NCBI RefSeq assembly: GCF_000497125.1
Contig: NC_090596.1
Location: forward strand, 1,178,001-1,242,000
Direction of reading: 5' to 3'
DNA length: 64,000 nt
Origin: Spironucleus salmonicida
Taxonomy: Eukaryota
The notes below the pieces were generated by a model, which made no database searches, had not been told where the DNA came from, and saw only the letters and a list, made by a program, of their open reading frames with translations. The translations under genes were made by a program, and so were the position numbers. Shown piece after piece: positions 59,487 to 64,000 of the stretch (within the stretch, counting starts at the first letter, position 1; each line of letters begins with the position of its first letter).

Positions 59487-61394
59487 TCACTCGTAGAAGC
59501 CCGCCTCAACGTGGCCCTCCTCCTCCACCTTGCGCTCGCCGCCGATCTTGCGCTTCTGCTTCCCGAAGCTCATGAACTTCACGTCGCGCACGTCGCAGCG
59601 CCGGATCGGCTCCTGGCTGCGCTCCTGCGTGCGCGCGATCTTGAGCTTGCGGGCCTCCTCCTTCGCGGCGAACTTGGTCTGGGCGACCTTCTTCCGGCGG
59701 TTGCGCTCCATCTGGCGCTCGAAGCGGAAGCGGAAGTCGGGCGCCTTGATGAGGAAGACGCGCTGGGCCAGCCGCTCGAGCTGCCCCTCCATCCAGGACA
59801 GCATGGACAGCGAGCCGATGGACTGCAGGTCCGCGATCTGGGAGTAGGACGAGAACTTCTCGCAGGAGGGGTCCTTGCGCAGCTACTCCGAGATGGCGCT
59901 CACGACGGTGGAGTACGAGGACTTGACCAGGTTGTCGATCTTCGCGATCTCCTCGATCTGCCGGTTGTACTGCTCGTCGGTCATGCCGGTCTGCTTCTGC
60001 TGCTTCGAGATCGTGTCCAGGTTGAGGAAGTTGAGGCGCTCGAGCTGGCTGGCGAGCGAGGTCACCTCCTGGTCCGCCTTCTTGAACTGCGCCTGCGAGA
60101 GCTGCTTCTGGTGGTCGATCGAGTTGTCGGTCTCCTGGAGGTTCTCCACCAGGTAGAAGTTGTTGGCCTCGATCAGCCGCATCGTGTTCATGAACTCGAA
60201 GGAGTTGTTGAACTGCACCGTCATCGGCTCCCGCACGAAGCCGTTCATGCACACCGCCGTGTAGTCCGGGATGCCGGGGTCCTTCGTGGGGAAGTTGTAG
60301 TACTCCGTGTACGCCGCGGGGTCCGCGATGCCCCGGAGGGCGATCTTCTTGCTGTTCTCGTCCAGCTGGCTGAGGGCCTCGTTGCTCTGCGCCAGGAACT
60401 CCTGGTCCAGGGCGTTGATCTTCGCGTAGTTCACGAAGTTCGCGTGCGGGCAGGCGGGCGCCGGGTCCGCCTGCAGCTGCGGGGAGAAGTCGTAGCCGGT
60501 GGGCGTGAACTCGAAGCACTCCAGGCACAGCCCGTCGCAGGTGCTGAAGCGCTCGCAGCACAGGGCGATGCACTTGCGCTGGTCGGCGTAGCGCTCCTGG
60601 TCCCGCTGCACCTGGTTGCGCTCGGCGGCCGGGAGCAGCTCCTGCACGAACTGGCGGTACTTGCAGAAGCGGAGCAGCACCAGCTCCTGCTTGTTGATCT
60701 CGCTCTTCATCTGGATCAGCTGCGTGGACAGCTGGCGGATCTGCTCCTGCTTCTGCGTCTTCGCCCGCATGGCCTGCTCCTGCTGCAGCACGGACGAGAT
60801 GGTCTGCTGGTCGCTCTGGCGCACGTCCTTGTCGAACTGCTGGATCTCCCTGTCCAGCACGTCCGACCGCTGCTGCAGCCCCATCTCGCGCCGCTTCACG
60901 TCCCCGTCCAGGGAGTCGATCTCCTGCTGCTTGGTCTGCAGGCTCAGCTCCACCAGGAAGATGTCCTTCTGCTTCTCCAGGAACTTGTCCAGCTTGTCGC
61001 CCGCGCCGTTGGTACGCACCAGCCCCTCGAGGAAGAGCTTGTCCTGGCCGGTGAGGTGGGCGTACTTGCCCGTGAAGCTCGGCGCGTGCAGGTCCAGCTT
61101 CTGCTGCCGCACCGTCCGCGCCAGCTGCTGGATCTCGGGGTCGGCGCCCGTCAGGATCGCGTTGCTGAGCGGCTTCGGGGGCCGGTCCGAGCTCAGCGAG
61201 AGCATGGCGTTGCGGGCCGCGAAGTTGAGGCGGTTCTGGATGGGCGTCGCCTTCTGGAACTGGATCTGCGTCATCTTCTCCTGCTTCGCCGCCGCCCGCG
61301 CGCGGTAGACGTCGAACTCCGAGGTGAGGGAGAAGGGGTTCTGGGCGATCTTGGAGGCGTACTCCTCGCCTTGGGAATCGCGCACTTCCTGCAT
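59487..61394 (-). CDS. CFAP100: CFAP100-like protein, copy 2
   Basis: Inverted copy, one D/E difference seen. Confidence 0.8.
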
Positions 61395-61473
61395 TTTGCG
61401 AGGCGGAAAGAAACGGCGGGATATATTTTGGGAGCGGCGGGTCGGCCCGAAGCAGATTGCAAGTATCACTCCC

Positions 61474-62025
61474 TCAGCGCTCGCTGTCCACGCACGCGAA
61501 GCCGTGGCGCTCCAGCAGCCTCGCCGTGACGCCGCCCCGCTCCACCCCGCAGCTGGGGCTCTTGCGCTTGAGCACGCACAGCACCACGTTCTCGGCCAGC
61601 AGCCCCTGCAGCGCCGCCTCCGCGCCCCGCCGGAACTCCAGGGTCACCCTCGTCCCGGACCGGGTCAGCACCTCCTCCCCGCAGAGGTCCGCCGGCTCGC
61701 GCGGCGTGGGGAGCCCGCCCAGCTGCTCGGGGCAGAAGCGGACGAGCGCGTGGCCGGCGTAGCGCTCCAGGTCCTGGGCGGCGTGCCCCCCGTCGTACCG
61801 GCAGCGTTCGCCCGTCAGGCAGGCCGATACTCCGATCTTGGGCCGCTCCGGGCGCAGGGCGAACTGGGCCGGGGGAACTCCGGGGTAGTCGCGGTGCGCC
61901 GCCCTGTTGGGGAGGAGCAGCAGGGAGCCAGGGGGGAAGTGTGCGGCCAGCTCCGGGGTTATGAGCTCCGACGCGTTCGGGGGTGCTGCGTAGCGCGGGT
62001 CGTGGAACCAGGCGGCTGCGTCCAT
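61474..62025 (-). CDS. DUF523 / TudS-like (thiouracil desulfidase family) Fe-S protein, intact, 183 aa
   Basis: IGVSACLTGERCRYDG, FCPEQLGGLPTPREP, LKRKSPSCG, GVTARLL: the prokaryotic DUF523 signature. Confidence 0.88.
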   Translation of the reverse strand: MDAAAWFHDPRYAAPPNASELITPELAAHFPPGSLLLLPNRAAHRDYPGVPPAQFALRPERPKIGVSACLTGERCRYDGGHAAQDLERYAGHALVRFCPEQLGGLPTPREPADLCGEEVLTRSGTRVTLEFRRGAEAALQGLLAENVVLCVLKRKSPSCGVERGGVTARLLERHGFACVDSER

Positions 62026-62411
62026 TCAGGTACTGCCGCTATTATACAGTACTATGGAGGTAATACGAAAGAGTTTTTGGTTTCGGTAGTAAACGATGGC
62101 GCGGGTTTGGGTAATACGCGGTATTGGAAACATCGGCCTCCTAGTAAATGTACTATTTTTATGCTGAACCTATATTAGCATAAAATTCTACGTTTTGATT
62201 TATGGAGTCTGTATCTATAATATCGGTTATACATTAGTTAGAAAAACTAAAGTTAACTTATATTTTTAGGTATATAGCATATATTTCGCCACGCAGAATC
62301 GAAAGCTATTGCCCCTAAATAAGTATAACTGCAATACGACTAAAATTTAAAAATAATCCACACTATAACTAGATTTAAACATTAGATATCACTCGCTTCT
62401 TTCCCTTGAAA

Positions 62412-64000
62412 ATGGGTGGAAACTGCTCTGATACTATGAACGGGTGCGTTCAAAACTTTTACTGCCCCCTAAATCCAGGCAAGGACCAAATTACGTGCTA
62501 AAAATGCAACGAAGACATGCCAGTCGGAACCTCCTGCCAGTGCCATAGTGACTCCATCATACGCAAAGACTGTGCAGTTTGCGAAGGTGGTAAAGGCAGC
62601 TAGTGCGTCAAATGCACCCATACCCACTTTCTCAAGGGCCGCGCCTGCCTTAATTGCCAGGCTAATTGCAAAACCTGCACCAGCGAAACCTCCTGCTAAG
62701 TCTGCCTGGATGGGTACTACTTAGATAACGATATGTGCAAGAAGTGCTCTGACAACTGCCTCACCTGCTCGGCAGAAAAAGTTTGCATTACCTGCCCGCC
62801 TGGGTTCGTCCTGAACGCATCCAATACCTGCACGCCGTGCCCGTCAAACTGCTTCAAGTGCGACATCTAGCTGAAGTGCTAGCAGTGCAACAACGACTTC
62901 TTCATCACCGAAGCCAATACCTGCCAAGCATGCAGCAGCATGACGACGTTCGACCAGAAGTGCCAGTGCCAGAACAAACAGCAAGGTGGCTGCACTGCAT
63001 GCTACCCAAAGCAAAGCACCTGCCAAACCTGCCTACCGAGTGGAAAAGTAGCCAACGGATAATGCTTTGTGGACGCATGCAAGAACGACAGCGACTGCAA
63101 AACTCATTAGTTCTGCGACATATTTACCACAAAGGGTAATGTATGTACCGAATGCTATACTAATTGTGTAAAGTGCTCGGGCGGCTCACGTACGTGCACA
63201 GAATGTAAGGCTGGAGATTACTTGGCATCAGGGTCATGCAAGGCGTGCCAGCCAACCTCGCCGCTTGGGATGAGCTGCCAGTGCGGCGCGCAGAAAATTG
63301 AGAACTGCGGCGGCTGCGATGGCGATACCTGCTCGTAGTGCATCAACGGGCACTCTTTGGTAGGGGGCTCGTGCAAGGACTGTGCGGATAGCATCGTAGG
63401 ATCGACCTGCATCTGCCTCGGCAATCCATACATGAACTGCGACGCATGCGGTCTGGAGGGCTGCGGGAAGTGCATCCCGGGGTACATCCTGGAGAACAAG
63501 CAGTGCGCCCCCTTCAACTGCGAGAAGACCACCCCGTGCGCCGATGGTCAATACTGCGACAGTACTTTAATCGTGCACGTATGCCGCGTCTGTATTGCAG
63601 ACTGCAGCACCTGCACAAACGCGACCGACTGCCAGGCCTGCGAGCCTGGGCGTTTCCTGAAGGACGGTGCGTGCAGCCCTTGCGAGTAGATAACGGAGGG
63701 GGAGCAGTGCAACTGCGCCGGGACCCTGATCCAGCGCTGCACCAGCTGCACGGGGTCCGCCTGCAAGACGTGCACGCCCGGCAACTATCTGAGCGAAGGC
63801 CAGTGCAGCTCCTGCGCATCCATTCCCTTGGGCGCGCACTGCCTATGCGATGCACTCCTGGTCGAGAGCTGCTCAATGTGCGGAGTCGGGGGAACGTGCG
63901 AGGCGTGCACCGTGGGCGCGGAAATGGTCAACGGCGAATGCGTCAACTGCACGCTCAACCCGGAGCAGTGCACGCAGCTGATGTCCGGAGGATAGATCAC
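62412..64000 (+). CDS. CRMP, copy 2, 3' end outside window
   Basis: Inverted copy of 46365-48107 with a few substitutions. Confidence 0.9.

Larger units (their letters stand above)
58980..64000. repeat. Right arm of second inverted duplication, runs off the window
   Basis: Reverse complement of 46519-51538. Confidence 0.96.

Noticed and set aside
1-64000. tRNA or rRNA genes
   Set aside because: None recognised by eye; tRNAscan-SE and Infernal would be needed to exclude them.

Overview
Eukaryotic protist DNA using the alternative nuclear code TAA/TAG=Gln with TGA as the only stop. Together with compact intron-free genes, a cysteine-rich membrane protein and a Protein 21.1-type ankyrin gene, this points to a hexamitid diplomonad such as Spironucleus (inference). 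The supplied ORF track uses the standard code, so it fragments or misses most AT-rich genes; I re-translated them by hand. The window alternates AT-rich single-copy DNA with very GC-rich duplicated blocks: (i) a ~5.9 kb inverted repeat (7385-13263 / 25932-31810) with ABCA, 2 Myb, 2 sugar-type MFS and SPCS1 genes; (ii) a ~2.8 kb direct repeat (39070-41900 / 51658-54488) with a DHA2-type MFS; (iii) a >=5 kb inverted repeat (46519-51538 / 58980->64000) with CRMP, DUF523, CFAP100 and E2 genes. Single-copy genes include beta-adaptin (3' part), an ABCC transporter, a Myb, PP2C, an ankyrin protein, an IGHMBP2-like helicase, an EF-hand protein, Dim1 and a very long CDC7-like kinase. Best candidates for new biology: a bacterial-type ProRS relic that has lost its synthetase motifs but keeps the INS editing and anticodon-binding domains; a Maelstrom-like DEDDh/ECHC nuclease; a bacterial-type DUF523/TudS gene in one intact and one frameshifted copy; a PP2C with one in-frame TGA in motif 1; and signs of GC-biased gene conversion between repeat arms, with boundaries that cut through genes. 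All family assignments are by-eye motif recognition; no database search was run.
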